From contig VRVR01000009.1 in assembly GCA_009859145.1 (NCBI GenBank), positions 124,001 to 188,000 of the forward strand: 64,000 nucleotides of DNA, given 5' to 3'. This document shows, one piece after another, positions 52,401 through 62,800 of the stretch. Position 1 is the stretch's first letter; every line of letters begins with the position of its first letter. The stretch comes from Andalucia godoyi And28 (lineage: Eukaryota > Protista > Jakobida). The notes under the pieces are model-generated. The model worked only from the letters and a program-made list of their open reading frames with translations. It was not told where the DNA came from and did no database searches. The translations under genes and the position numbers were made by a program.

Positions 52401-55161
52401 ACACGTACGCCATATCGGCAGAAAGCGAAAATCCGGTGAGGGGAATGCGGGATAGATAGCATTGTAGAAGGCAGCTCACCTTCATAACATTCTGCATCGG
52501 CAAGTCATGGACAGGAATAGGCACTATTTGTGACAGACGCAGCAATTCCGGCCGTTCTTCCTCGCGAACAATAATCTGACGGAACTCATAAGACGAGCCA
52601 AACACACTGAGCAAATCCCGATCCGAACTCCGAAGCTTCCGCAAAGCGGCGGTGTACTCTCGTACATTCTCATGTCGAAGATAAAAATCAGAAGCAATTC
52701 GACCGATGGCTGAAGGCTTCACCATTCCACTCGCCGAATTGAATTCCACCATTCCACATTCATCCAAATCTCGAAAAATGGAACGAACAAGAGATGACCG
52801 AAGCGTAATAGATGCCTCTGGAGAGCTGATAAACTCGCTCCCGATACCATATCTCAACGGTTCTCTCGTGCTTCTAGTCGACCAGTATGTGAACGAAAGG
52901 AATCGCACAGCGTCCGCAACAGATGCAACGCGCTCACTTGCAACCTCTCCACTCAACGTATCATGCAAACTTGCCATTAATCGCGACTCCACGGGCATTT
53001 GAGAATGAGCCACTGCTGCATGGTGCAGCATAGAGGACACAGAATCCGCGATCACAACTCCAAGCCCCGAAGTGTCGAACTGCGGTCGTCCCGCACGACC
53101 CATCATTTGCACAAGGTCCAGCCAAGACATTTCCACCCAATCTCCAGCGCTCGCATCGTACACACGTGTTCCTTTGATGATCACCGTGTGTGCGGGCAGG
53201 TTGACTCCCCAGGCCAAAGTGGCGGTGGAGACTAGAACGGAAATTCTGCCATCCGCAAACAAGTCTTCGACCAGAGCACGATCCGCGCGAGTCATTCCTG
53301 CATGATGTATTCCAATGCCATATCGTAAAAGCTCGCGCAAGTCTACAGATTGAATGTCGTTTCCCGCACAAAGAGAAGCAAGAATTTGATTCGAATCTTG
53401 GGACATAAACCCCATCAGCAACGCCAACTTGTCTTCATTATCCAAACAGGTTCTGAGCACTGTTCTTCCAAATCTGGAGGTTTCCTTCCTAGAATGCACA
53501 AAGACCAGCGTCTGGTGCTTCTCTTGCATCGAAGCAAACACCTTCTGAAGAGCGATGTCATTTAGCAAAGCCGCTTTCCTGCCTGCTTTCTTCTCTGACA
53601 ATCCAATGAACCGCATGGCCAGCGGGCACGGCCGAAACGAAGGATCAAAAACAAAAGAATCCGCTTTCAAAAACGTCGCAACATCGTCGTGGTTCGGCAG
53701 TGTCGCAGACAGGCCAACCAGACGTGTGTCAAAGCCTAAAAAGCTGACACGGCCCACCAGAGACTCGATAACCGCACCTCTCGTATCATGAAGCAGATGA
53801 ACTTCGTCAAAGATTATGGTAGTCACGCGCTCCAGAGGAAATCCCTGTTTTCTGGTTACGACGTCCCACTTTTCCGGCGTGGTTATGATGATATGCGAGT
53901 TCAAGATGGTGCTGCGATCCAGAGGGACATCGCCAGAAAGTTCGAATATACGCAGATTGAAACTCTCCAATCGTTTCTTGAGATTGCTGCAAACCTCAGA
54001 CACCAGTGCTTTCATCGGTGCGACATACACAGCCAGAAAGGGCCGGCGTTGATGAATCTGCAAGCCAAGGTCATGCAGAATGCACAACAACGCAACAATG
54101 GTCTTTCCGGAGCCCGTTGGCGAACAGAGCAAGATGTTTCGGTTCCCAAAAAGAGCAGCGCTATAAACAGCGCTTTGAATTCGGTTCAAATGGGTTACGC
54201 CTTCAAAAGCCGGCCACGCCCATTCAGGGATGTCCGAAACAGCGACAATTTCCAGCTGCTTCGCCGCAGCGGTCTGGGGATTTGGAAGCGGGAACGATAA
54301 CTCCTCATAATCCTCGTAAAACTCTCGAACTGCACCATCGGGAACAGCAAATCGCTTCAACTGATGCGGAACGATTGTCTGCAAGCTTGAAACATTCCTG
54401 CTGATGGCAATATCTGCCTGGCTCGAAATTGAAGAAAATGCGGCAGACGGCGTCACGAGATTTCCCGAAGGACTACCAACGCCCTGCAAATCCTTCAGCA
54501 ATCTGTCACGGTTATCTACAAGAAATTGGATGACATGCAAATGCTCATACCCCAACAGCTCGGCGAGAGTGTTTCCCAATTCGTGCAAGTCCTCCACCGA
54601 AGAGAGCAAGAAGATGACCTTGCTCGCAATGTTTTCATTGTCTTCGTCTGATGCTTCGTCCTGTTTAACGAGTGCCGAAATGAATTTGAAATCAACATGG
54701 CGTGGATACTGGATGATGACGGCATCATCATCATGATCGTTCCCAGCACTATTATCATGAGCATCCATTCCTTCGGCTGGAAAAGTGGCGGTGTCTGCGA
54801 ATGTCGAATCCTGTCCTGCTGCTAATTCCTGTTCAATAACAAGCGCAGTGTCAAATTCACCATCTTCACGCTCGGCATCGCTCTTCCAACTGTCATAATC
54901 GTTCAGTTCTTGAGCCAAGGAAAGCAGGCCGTCGAAGACTTCACGGTCCGATTTGAAAGCATAGCCGACCAAATCCGTCAAGCTCTGTACTTTGGCAGGA
55001 TCGGAAACGGACTTGCTTCTCAGAATTCCAATGATCTCAAAACATACGTCGACCAACGCAGCATGTGTCACATCATCTCCCACAATTCCAGAAACCGCCA
55101 GCAGAAATTGCTCATAAACAGCAGAGGAATGCCGAGATAGCGGTTTGTATAATCTTGACAT
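49408..55161 (-). CDS. BRR2: U5 snRNP 200 kDa helicase Brr2 (second cassette degenerate)
   Basis: N-terminal plug YKPLSRHSSAVYEQFL; cassette 1 with LNRIQS, SPTGSGKT, DEVHLLHD.RG, GLSATLPN, STATLAWGVNLPA, QMMGRAGRPQFD; two Sec63-like units; C-terminal SDCYIGAD. Confidence 0.9.
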   Translation of the reverse strand: MSRLYKPLSRHSSAVYEQFLLAVSGIVGDDVTHAALVDVCFEIIGILRSKSVSDPAKVQSLTDLVGYAFKSDREVFDGLLSLAQELNDYDSWKSDAEREDGEFDTALVIEQELAAGQDSTFADTATFPAEGMDAHDNSAGNDHDDDAVIIQYPRHVDFKFISALVKQDEASDEDNENIASKVIFLLSSVEDLHELGNTLAELLGYEHLHVIQFLVDNRDRLLKDLQGVGSPSGNLVTPSAAFSSISSQADIAISRNVSSLQTIVPHQLKRFAVPDGAVREFYEDYEELSFPLPNPQTAAAKQLEIVAVSDIPEWAWPAFEGVTHLNRIQSAVYSAALFGNRNILLCSPTGSGKTIVALLCILHDLGLQIHQRRPFLAVYVAPMKALVSEVCSNLKKRLESFNLRIFELSGDVPLDRSTILNSHIIITTPEKWDVVTRKQGFPLERVTTIIFDEVHLLHDTRGAVIESLVGRVSFLGFDTRLVGLSATLPNHDDVATFLKADSFVFDPSFRPCPLAMRFIGLSEKKAGRKAALLNDIALQKVFASMQEKHQTLVFVHSRKETSRFGRTVLRTCLDNEDKLALLMGFMSQDSNQILASLCAGNDIQSVDLRELLRYGIGIHHAGMTRADRALVEDLFADGRISVLVSTATLAWGVNLPAHTVIIKGTRVYDASAGDWVEMSWLDLVQMMGRAGRPQFDTSGLGVVIADSVSSMLHHAAVAHSQMPVESRLMASLHDTLSGEVASERVASVADAVRFLSFTYWSTRSTREPLRYGIGSEFISSPEASITLRSSLVRSIFRDLDECGMVEFNSASGMVKPSAIGRIASDFYLRHENVREYTAALRKLRSSDRDLLSVFGSSYEFRQIIVREEERPELLRLSQIVPIPVHDLPMQNVMKVSCLLQCYLSRIPLTGFSLSADMAYVSASAGRLLRALHSLSVAFRNGPAALCTLRWAVQVEHRLWACQCPLRQFPLSSVDVRNALSAIEKKGVPAASLFHLSEADLMDVLNAPSDVCHDIHSAIQLLPRFRLTAAVQPLSYNFFKFLLSVQCDFDIGSLMDAVPGRHAVLVNVESGSGGDILWTDVVSLGVFRRSSGKQSSSLILEMYVSTPKWPFQCFIRLSSDRFLSADSLLPITFDMIVPPRMSASLSVDQVVGAVEGALQLTSTSPGDSFLLLSSAHFRSVWKIFVVSVLQCFSLRKSESASPFRCVFLVHSENDLAAAEAFVEAEISSDLRVLKVSSATVSIDPKENLILLSTCDVWEIVQRRWRKRRAVREIDVYAIDCLEVLSPALEIVVSRARYISSLTQRPVSMYCSLLPVANIRNLLEWIGVQENRVVDMFSADQQHPRVHVVGIQTEDALLSSIAAQLNLAPDPCLIITDSFLLKMKLRAMENIQFVEDVASLSAKSHPHAVMYVANLTEVSFSLSGFDRCVVALSPFNRSAPDFAVLRRLFYGPFHSVHVFCRNVHENVLSSSFLDLPILESRLLDASMQVSPYLNVLNSEVALASVSSVPDVLELFTWSFAYRRFWLNPSFYGFLSPKLVSHISDDDLNRGMKEYLSGVVDSYCALLSENSCILGDAFEEKGELTATPLGTICSSHAVSPMTGKLLWDKLDSQSGVRTLLDLISHSGEIQAMVSRLEFIAFDADSPEHVQKHVLDLASRHLPLRVPSDASVSRVFLMMCLYLDRHELLDSRPLLTTVLCEIVGRLLPLLRASVDVCALLNLPDTCLTAMRLSQYFCQGTWVMKSAYQALLQVPHFSKDLIKLCESHSIQTPLDLADCEDDTRAQLFAELTESQQLDIAEFCNSFPSISVSHEVSTTETTQVALRLVRSLDSDETAPIVPIVHQPLSRVCPKLHEGWWVLVVDSTARKVLGVQYLLGNLQEPVEVSFALEEHSGNLVAHVVSDCYIGADVVVSIDDAAPNQ

Positions 55162-55467
55162 TCAGTGAACAGCAGATCGTATGCCCACCAATGCCCACAG
55201 CCGACTACACACAATTAAAAACAAACAAGTAAAAAGGAGCACACAAAAACGCACACACAAACAGAAACGAACCAAGACTTTTCGAGTCTCGCCTTAAACA
55301 ATTGAAATGTGCGATTTGAAGGAAAATGCAAGAAATTCTTCAACGACGGCTGTAGTCAGTAGCCCATGCTCCCGTCAAAATCAGCACGATTATCGTCATC
55401 ATCATCGTGGTCGTCGTCATCATCGTCCACAACAGCAACAAACAGAATCCGTAGCAGCAGCATTAGA

Positions 55468-55533
55468 AAGAAGAAGAAGAAGAAGAAGAAGAAGAAGAAG
55501 AAGAAGAAGAAGAAGAAGAAGAAGAAGAAGAAG
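55468..55533 (+). repeat. (AAG)22 microsatellite
   Basis: Perfect AAG run between BRR2 and the next gene. Confidence 0.95.
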
Positions 55534-55560
55534 ACAAACACGGCAAAAGACTGTGAAGGC

Positions 55561-56592
55561 ATGGATCCCCAAGCCTCGATATATTTTAATGAAATCGAGT
55601 ACGTTGTGCGAAAGCGGACACAACACTTGTCTTATCTGAAGCGGTTGTTTTCTCTGCACTCATCACCCGTCGGCGCGCCGATCTTCTGGATGAATTCTTG
55701 TCGCATCACCCCTTCGCTCCTTGACTCGCTGGTTCGGTCACACGCGCTGTCTCGAAAATGGCCCGTTTGGCATGTTATGGGGATTTCGCTGGGCGATTTG
55801 CTTACGGATTCTCGAATGTCCGATGTATCCTCGCTGTCTTTTCTGCGTGCTTGCGTCTTGATCTGCGAAGAAGCAGAGTTTCACATTGCTGGCTCGCTGT
55901 CCCAAAACTTCAAGACACTACGTGCGTCTGTTCTGGATGCCACTTCGTCGGTTTCGGCGTCGGTTTCCAACGCCTTCTCTGACTCGACGGAGGTGACACG
56001 CGCGTCGTCCAATTCCAATGCTGCTCCGTTCCAATCGCCTTCCGGATCAGAATGGAAAGCCAAGCTGCAAAAAGCAAATGGACAAGTTGTCTATTCTGTG
56101 CTGAAGGCTCATCATGTGCCGTACTCCACGTCTCCGTTCGAGGCGATCTTGTCTTTGTGCGATGTGTTATTGCTGACGTATCGAAGATTTCTAGACGATG
56201 CATCGGCCGCATTTGAAGACAGCGTGCGAGGTATAGAGACAATCGAGTGGATGCACCGAGTCGTCGTGTTTCGACTGGACAAATTTTACAAACATCATTT
56301 CTTCGGTCTGGTTTCTCGGGAAATTACGCGAACTGTTCTGGCGCCGTCTCCCATTTGTGGGTTCAACAAGCAGAAAATAGCGGGAGATGAGACGATGGCC
56401 GAATTGCTTGCGTCGCCGCAGTCCGCGTTCGACTCTGGGTGGGGTTTCAAGACGGATTTGCGTCTCATCACACATGTTGCGGAGCGAGTGTGTCTCGGTG
56501 AATCCGTCGACGCTGCATATGCGGCCGTTTCTGGAGCAGAAGTTGTCACCCATTCGATTGACGGTGACCTTTCTGGCTCAGACGATGATTGA
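55561..56592 (+). CDS. Conserved-looking uncharacterised protein
   Basis: ATG at 55561 (MDPQASIYFNEIEYVVRKRTQHLSYLKRLF...FWMNSCRI...LCDVLLLTYRRFLD); the ORF also extends upstream through the poly-K microsatellite. Confidence 0.75.
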   Translation: MDPQASIYFNEIEYVVRKRTQHLSYLKRLFSLHSSPVGAPIFWMNSCRITPSLLDSLVRSHALSRKWPVWHVMGISLGDLLTDSRMSDVSSLSFLRACVLICEEAEFHIAGSLSQNFKTLRASVLDATSSVSASVSNAFSDSTEVTRASSNSNAAPFQSPSGSEWKAKLQKANGQVVYSVLKAHHVPYSTSPFEAILSLCDVLLLTYRRFLDDASAAFEDSVRGIETIEWMHRVVVFRLDKFYKHHFFGLVSREITRTVLAPSPICGFNKQKIAGDETMAELLASPQSAFDSGWGFKTDLRLITHVAERVCLGESVDAAYAAVSGAEVVTHSIDGDLSGSDDD

Positions 56593-56931
56593 AGCGCGGA
56601 TGCAGATTCGCCGTTTATAATTTGATATTTTAATTTTTCCCCGGGCATGTTTTGATCTTGGTTGTCATGGAGGGATGGAGGGATGGAGGAAAAAACGAAT
56701 ATGCTTGCAGTTTAACCAGTTCGGTCTGACGCCTCCTCCTTCGTAGAGGGCTCTGGATTTGTAAGTGTTGCTGCGAACCGATGGTCCGCAGAACTTTCAT
56801 GGCTGTCGAATTTGCGTGCCGCATCATGATAAAGAGAAATCAACATCACATTTTTAAAACGCGCAACTTAATGCACGGAGGAAGGCGGGCGGGGGAGAAT
56901 TTAATTTTTGTTTTGCTGAGACGCACCAACT

Positions 56932-58896
56932 TCAATTTCGAGAAGGCTCATCGAAGCGGAATCGTTTGGGAGCTGGCTGACGGACATTGAACGTTGAAGC
57001 ACTTGCGTGCTGAAGTGGGTCGAACTGAAAATCATCTGTACCCGACCGACCGAACGGTGTTGCACTGTGTTGTGGACCAGACTGAAGAGACCCCGCCGCT
57101 GATGACGACAATGATGAGGACGAGCTGGAGGAAGCGTCATTTCCAATTGGCAAGTCTCCAAATGAAAAGAAATCCGGAAATTCAGACGTGCTCTGATTTC
57201 TGGGAAGACCCGAGAATGCATTGCCGTTCTGAGCAGACACGGAGAACGAGTGGGCCAGGTCGCTGGAGAAGGAGTCAAATTCTACAGGAATATGAATATC
57301 TGAGAGCAAGAATGAAGGACGAACAGCGGCGGTCTCTTCAGACTGTGCAGCGTTTGGTTCGATGGCTTTCCTCCACAGACGCCAGAACATCTCGGTGTAC
57401 TTACCGACCTCCGAGGAATCAAAGTACCACTTTGCGTCCATTTTGTAGTCCTTTTCAAACTTGAATCTCTCGTTCAACTCCAAACGCTGGCAAAACGCAT
57501 TGTCAATGATCATTGTGTCCTTCAGGCATTCGTTGTCTTCGGTGTCCAAATCTTCCGGCACAACAAAACGAATGAGGATGCCATTGCAACTCATCTCTCG
57601 AGCAACCGTCTCGAGCGCAAACTTCTTTTGATCATCCATGAATTCTGCTTTCGGAATGACCCATATTCTTTTGATGTTCACGCCTTCTCGGACCAACGCA
57701 ACTTCGGCATCAAACAACGATTTGGCGTTTTGCAGGCTCTCGGTGATCTGTTCAGAGTTCTTGAGCAGTTCCACAGCGGTCTGAGCTGGGGAATCTGACT
57801 GAATGGCCAATATCTGCTGGATGCACGTTGCTGCTTTCATCGCACCGTCAAATCGGAAGCGGCGTCTCTTATAAGACCTGTGCACCAACTCTTGGGTCAC
57901 ATGGATCTTTCCAACATCCGTGATGGTTTCGGTACATCGATCAATGGCCTGCTCCAAAGCAATCAAATGCGGCAGCGTGGACTTGCAAGATTTGTAAGAC
58001 TGCGAGAGTGCATCGTAAAACGCCTTCAATCTTCTTACCATGGTCACTTCGGCTTGTGCACGCAAACGAGATTCTCTGGGAGCCGTCGACGACAAGGAAA
58101 AATCCGTCAACGTACCAAACGACGATGACGACGTCGACCCACCCAGTTCCTGTGACGAAACATGCAGCGGTTGTTGTTGTTGTTGTTGCTGCTGCTGCTG
58201 CGGTTGCTGTTGCTGTTGCGATTGTTGCTGCTGTTGCATCTGATAATTGTGCATCATTGCTCTCGCAGCAGTCGCACATCTTGAACGCGCAGCATGCAAC
58301 AGGGATTCGATCTGTCGATGTTGCATGCTCAGCAGATTGACGTCCGTTTCAGAATCCATTCTCGTTGCAACAGCATTCAGCAAATCTGCAACGTCATACT
58401 CTCGTGCTAACCGTGTAATTCTGTTCAGAACCTCGATGTGGACCGTAGGCTTGTTCGAAGTATTCGTTTTCGCATCTCGGAATCCCATGTGAATTGACAC
58501 TTTGAAATCGTGGTTCTCCACAGATACCGAGTATCTGAGCCCGTCTGTCCGCGGGCACTTGAGGGACCCCACGTCAGAAACAAACAGCAAGGGAGTTCGC
58601 GTCGAGCAGCGCGTTTCAAACTTTCGAAGTTCTTCGGGATCGATTTTCACTGCGCCGTGATCCGTAACGTGAATGTGCCAAAATGTGACCCTTGCTCTGT
58701 GGACAGGCACAATGAGAAGCTTCAGAGTCGGAGCACTCGTTGGAAGATACCCGCCATAGTCTCCAAACGAAGGAGGAACAAGCACATCAAAACATCCTCG
58801 GTATTCATCGGCTTGGGGAATCACAGAAGCAAAACGCAGCGCGGGAATTTCGGAATCCGGAATTTCCGACACGGAACACTCTGTCTTGTTGCTCAT
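56932..58896 (-). CDS. Hypothetical protein with polyQ tract, coiled coil, an alpha/beta domain and an S-rich tail (possible transcription regulator)
   Basis: 654-aa ORF; MQQQQQSQQQQQPQQQQQQQQQP; C-terminal basic PAPKRFRF. Confidence 0.8.
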   Translation of the reverse strand: MSNKTECSVSEIPDSEIPALRFASVIPQADEYRGCFDVLVPPSFGDYGGYLPTSAPTLKLLIVPVHRARVTFWHIHVTDHGAVKIDPEELRKFETRCSTRTPLLFVSDVGSLKCPRTDGLRYSVSVENHDFKVSIHMGFRDAKTNTSNKPTVHIEVLNRITRLAREYDVADLLNAVATRMDSETDVNLLSMQHRQIESLLHAARSRCATAARAMMHNYQMQQQQQSQQQQQPQQQQQQQQQQPLHVSSQELGGSTSSSSFGTLTDFSLSSTAPRESRLRAQAEVTMVRRLKAFYDALSQSYKSCKSTLPHLIALEQAIDRCTETITDVGKIHVTQELVHRSYKRRRFRFDGAMKAATCIQQILAIQSDSPAQTAVELLKNSEQITESLQNAKSLFDAEVALVREGVNIKRIWVIPKAEFMDDQKKFALETVAREMSCNGILIRFVVPEDLDTEDNECLKDTMIIDNAFCQRLELNERFKFEKDYKMDAKWYFDSSEVGKYTEMFWRLWRKAIEPNAAQSEETAAVRPSFLLSDIHIPVEFDSFSSDLAHSFSVSAQNGNAFSGLPRNQSTSEFPDFFSFGDLPIGNDASSSSSSSLSSSAAGSLQSGPQHSATPFGRSGTDDFQFDPLQHASASTFNVRQPAPKRFRFDEPSRN

Positions 58897-58959
58897 GAAA
58901 CCTCAAAACAAAATGAAAAAAAAGAAAGGAAAATGATTATATCGAGCACACACGCGTCA

Positions 58960-58992
58960 CACCCACACACACCCACACACACACACTCACTC

Positions 58993-59033
<41 letters not shown>

Positions 59034-59045
59034 ATACACTCACAC
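58960..59045 (+). repeat. (CA)n/(CT)n compound microsatellite
   Basis: cacacac...ctctctctct run upstream of the gene at 58896. Confidence 0.85.
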
Positions 59046-59694
59046 GCACATACGAAATATAAAAAGAAATCTAATCTCACTTTTCATCTGGAAAAATAAC
59101 CCAAATCCCCTTTTCCTTTGGCTCATATTGTGGGAACCGAAATGCAAATGGTGCAAACAGAGAGGACGGAAAAAGAAAAGGGCCACCCCATATCTACAGG
59201 CGCGCAATTCTTGAGAGGGGGTCGGTTACGGCAGGCTAGACGAAATGCTTTTTTTTTTTTTTGACAGCCTGTTCATTCTAGAGCTCATGAGGCCTACATG
59301 TCCGCTGCCGTTTTTTCGATTGCAGCTATTGGCAATGTGGCAGATGATTCCTCATCTGCATGTTTTTTTGTTTGTTTTTTGGAAGAGATAATGAGCAAGC
59401 CGAGAGGGACAAAACACAACGAAAAAACAAGAAATAAATAAGAGCTGTCGATTGGCGTCAGCCACTGCATATCAGCCTTGAACCGCTGCGTTTGCTTGCA
59501 TCTGCGTAGAAGCAGCGAGTCGCTGTTTGAACTGTCGTGGTGACTTGTGAGCGGTGGGTGGTGGTTTTGCGAGATCTTTTGTCATCGGAGAGGAGACGGG
59601 GAAAATGCCAGTTTGAAAGAGCAAAGGGAGGGCTTCGCAACGATGTTCATTTGTCGTCTTGTTTCTTTTCCGTTTTTTTTTTTTTTGACGCGCG

Positions 59695-59695
59695 C

Positions 59696-59746
<51 letters not shown>

Positions 59747-59760
59747 TGTGTGTGTGTGAG
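59695..59760 (+). repeat. (GT)n(GA)n(GT)n compound microsatellite
   Basis: gtgtgtgt...gagagagag...gtgtgtg upstream of the gene at 59891. Confidence 0.9.
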
Positions 59761-59890
59761 TGAGTAAGTGAGAGTAAGTGAGAGTGAGTGAGGAGTGAGT
59801 TTGTTTTTGCTGTTCTCCTTACATCATCAACTCTTTTGTTTGCATTTGCTCAATCAAGCATTCTGCTTGCTTGTACCCTGTTGAAGAAGA

Positions 59891-62800
59891 ATGGCAACGA
59901 CAGCCGAGTCTCCCGTTCAACCTGCGCATGAATACTCTCCGTCGATTTCTGATTTTGATGAGGAAGAGCACCGCGAGAGCTCCTTGTTTCTTCAGAACGG
60001 CGGTGGGAACTACGCTGGATCTGATGCTGGAAACGGCTCCGCAAGTCAAAACATATCCAAACCGCCGTCGTTTGCGGACTTTGCAGTTCAGTCCGGTGCG
60101 CTTCCTGATTGGAAACAGCTGTCTGCGCCCATTTCTCCGAACATCATGATGCCCTTGGAGCCGGCTTCTGCGTCCTCTTCTGGTGCTTCGTGTTCTGCCG
60201 AACTGCAAAGTCGTTCGTCGTCGTTCGTTGGTGCGTCCGATTACGATTCCAGATCTCCAAAGCAAAGCTATGGCTCGTCGCAGCAGCAGAAGAGACCGAC
60301 GACGGCGAATGACTTGACGCTTTCACAGTCACGAGCGCTCCGAGACTCGTATCCTGGCCATCAGACATTGTCGCCCTCCTCGTCTCCCAAGAGTTCTGCA
60401 GCGGCGAGGCGAACCGGAAAGCCAACATCCATCGACGTTGCCTCTTCATCACCCGCTGGCGCGTCGTCCAATTCTTCGAGAAGATCACCGGTTGGAAGTC
60501 CACTGTTGCAGAGAAAATCGTCGGCATATAGCTCCACGAGTACTGCAGCAGAAAGCACAAAATCAGATGCTTGTTCGTCGTACTCCCCAATGTCGCCGCA
60601 ACGCCGAGCAGAGATCCATCAGCGATATACAAAGCTGAGTTCGTCCCCGAAGCACCTGCAGCCAGGATCGCTGAACCCGCGTGCATCTTCGGATGTCTCA
60701 AGACCCACCAAGATGATCCCCGTGCGCTCTGCCTGCGGTTCATTTCAATCGTACTATGCCCACTTGCAGTCCTTGGGAAGATCCATGACGGATGACGCCC
60801 GCAAGGCACTTCATCGGCACATTGCCATGGATGCAAAGTGGGATTCTTCTGTTGTGGTCCCCCGTTTTTTCCACTGTGCATTGATGTGCACCACCGGTAT
60901 CCGGGAAAATATTTCGAGCTGTGGACTGGTGTATGATTCCACATTCCAAATGACAGCGACAGAGAAGGCGCGGGAACTTTCTGCACGATCTCCGACTGCC
61001 GAGGAGAAGAGACCGCGGTTGAATCGAAGTGACACAATGGCGCTGATGCAGTACAACAATGTTCCACAGTTCTTGACAATTGTTTCTGATGCTTCTTCGT
61101 TGACCGCCCGCAACATTGAGAAGTCCGGTGTCCTGTCCCTGACTGTATGCTCGGCCGCCCATTTGCTGGTCTACAAGTTGTGCCTTGATTACCCAGGATC
61201 GAAAATCGACAAGGCTGCCGTTATCCGCGAACTTGGATATCACACGTTTATGGGCGCTGCTGTCCGCGTTCCGGTGCTGGAGGGCGGTGTACAATCCATG
61301 GAATGTGAGGTTGTTCAATCTGTGCCTCCTGCGAACGGGGACAAGACAATCATGTTCCTTGTGCGTGTCGTTGCATTCACCCCGGCTTCGAGTCGTGTGG
61401 AACCGCTCTTTTGCGGAAGGGGTCTTTTCTTTTCGGATCGCATGGGAACCAAGGTCCCCTTCATGTCCAAAGGTTTCATGAGATTTGTACACGATATCCT
61501 TGCGCAGCATCGTGTTGATGGGGTGTTCCTGTCGGATGAGAAGCCGATTGCTGTCGTTGAACCGCAAAAGTTGCAGGATGTCGGATCTTCAGAAAGGCGC
61601 GTCAAGTTCTCGGATGATGAAGGGACTGGTGAAGGAATGCGCCGTACCGCAAGTCTGCGGAAAGACAAGACTTCGGAAGAGCACAAGTCGTATTCGGACG
61701 CCAAGCACCTTGGAGAGCAGCGTGGACAGCGAGAGCGGCACGAAAACATGCGCCAGGTGTTTCAGGATTCCATTCGACGGCAGTCGTTAGCGAACAACTC
61801 GCTTGCTCGCGCACTCAGCAGTCAATCCCTCCTGACGTTGCCTGCATTTCATGACACGGCGTCATCCGATCGTGGAAGTACGATGACCTCGGAAACAGAT
61901 GGTGGATATGTGATTGTGGATGATGTGGATGGGACAATGGCGAAGCTTGCCATCCGAAATGGAGACGGCGATGAACACTACTTGCATCCTTCTGAAATAT
62001 GCCAGTCTGCTTCCGTGATTGATCGATTGCGACACCGGAAAACAGTATCCATCAACAAAGAGTTCTTGTCAGTCGACTTGGAATGGTCGCACTGCAGTCC
62101 GAAACCCGACGGCCATTCTGGAGTGGTCTCTTCTGTTAATTTCAATCCGGAAGACCAGATATTCCTAGCGTCTGCTGGCACGGATGAAACGGTCAAGCTG
62201 TGGAACATATCGAAGCACGATGGAGTGCTGCTCCGGACAATGACTGGGCATCGCGGCGCGATCCGCCAGTGCCAATTCCACCCCACGGGCATGTATCTCG
62301 CGTCGACATCGGACGATGGAGCAATCGGCATCTGGAGCATGCAAGGCCGGAACGAGATGATGAAGTCTTGGATGGAGCTGGCAGATGAGCCGCAGCGATG
62401 TCTGAGCTTCAATGTGGATGGAACTCATCTTGCGACTGCCGGGTACAAACGAGCCCATATCTGGGACGCTGAACGGGGCCAGGTTATCACCTCGTTCGAT
62501 GCCCATGCGCTTCAAGTGTATGGAATTCACTTCCATCCGACGTTCAACGTCGCCGTTACGTGCGGTGATGATCATGCAGTGAAAGTGTGGGATCTTGATT
62601 CCGGGAAGTGCGTGCATCGATTTGAAGGCCATCGTTCCTGGGTCCACTCCGCACGCTTTTCGGAAGATGGAATGCTCCTGGGTTCCGCTTCCAATGATAC
62701 GACTGTCCAGGTTCGCGACTGGAGAGTCAACACAACTCTGTTTTCGCTTACGCAACACAGAGCTCCGGTTACGTGCGTAGACTTTGGCGGCGGCTTTGTG

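Noticed and set aside
59290-59365. Weak match to the Fanzor end (CAGCGGACATGTAGGCC on the minus strand) near a perfect GCAGATGA-TTCC-TCATCTGC hairpin
   Set aside because: Only about 13 of 18 nt match, spacing to the hairpin differs, and the GCGTGTT..CCTA block and NGARNI coding are absent.
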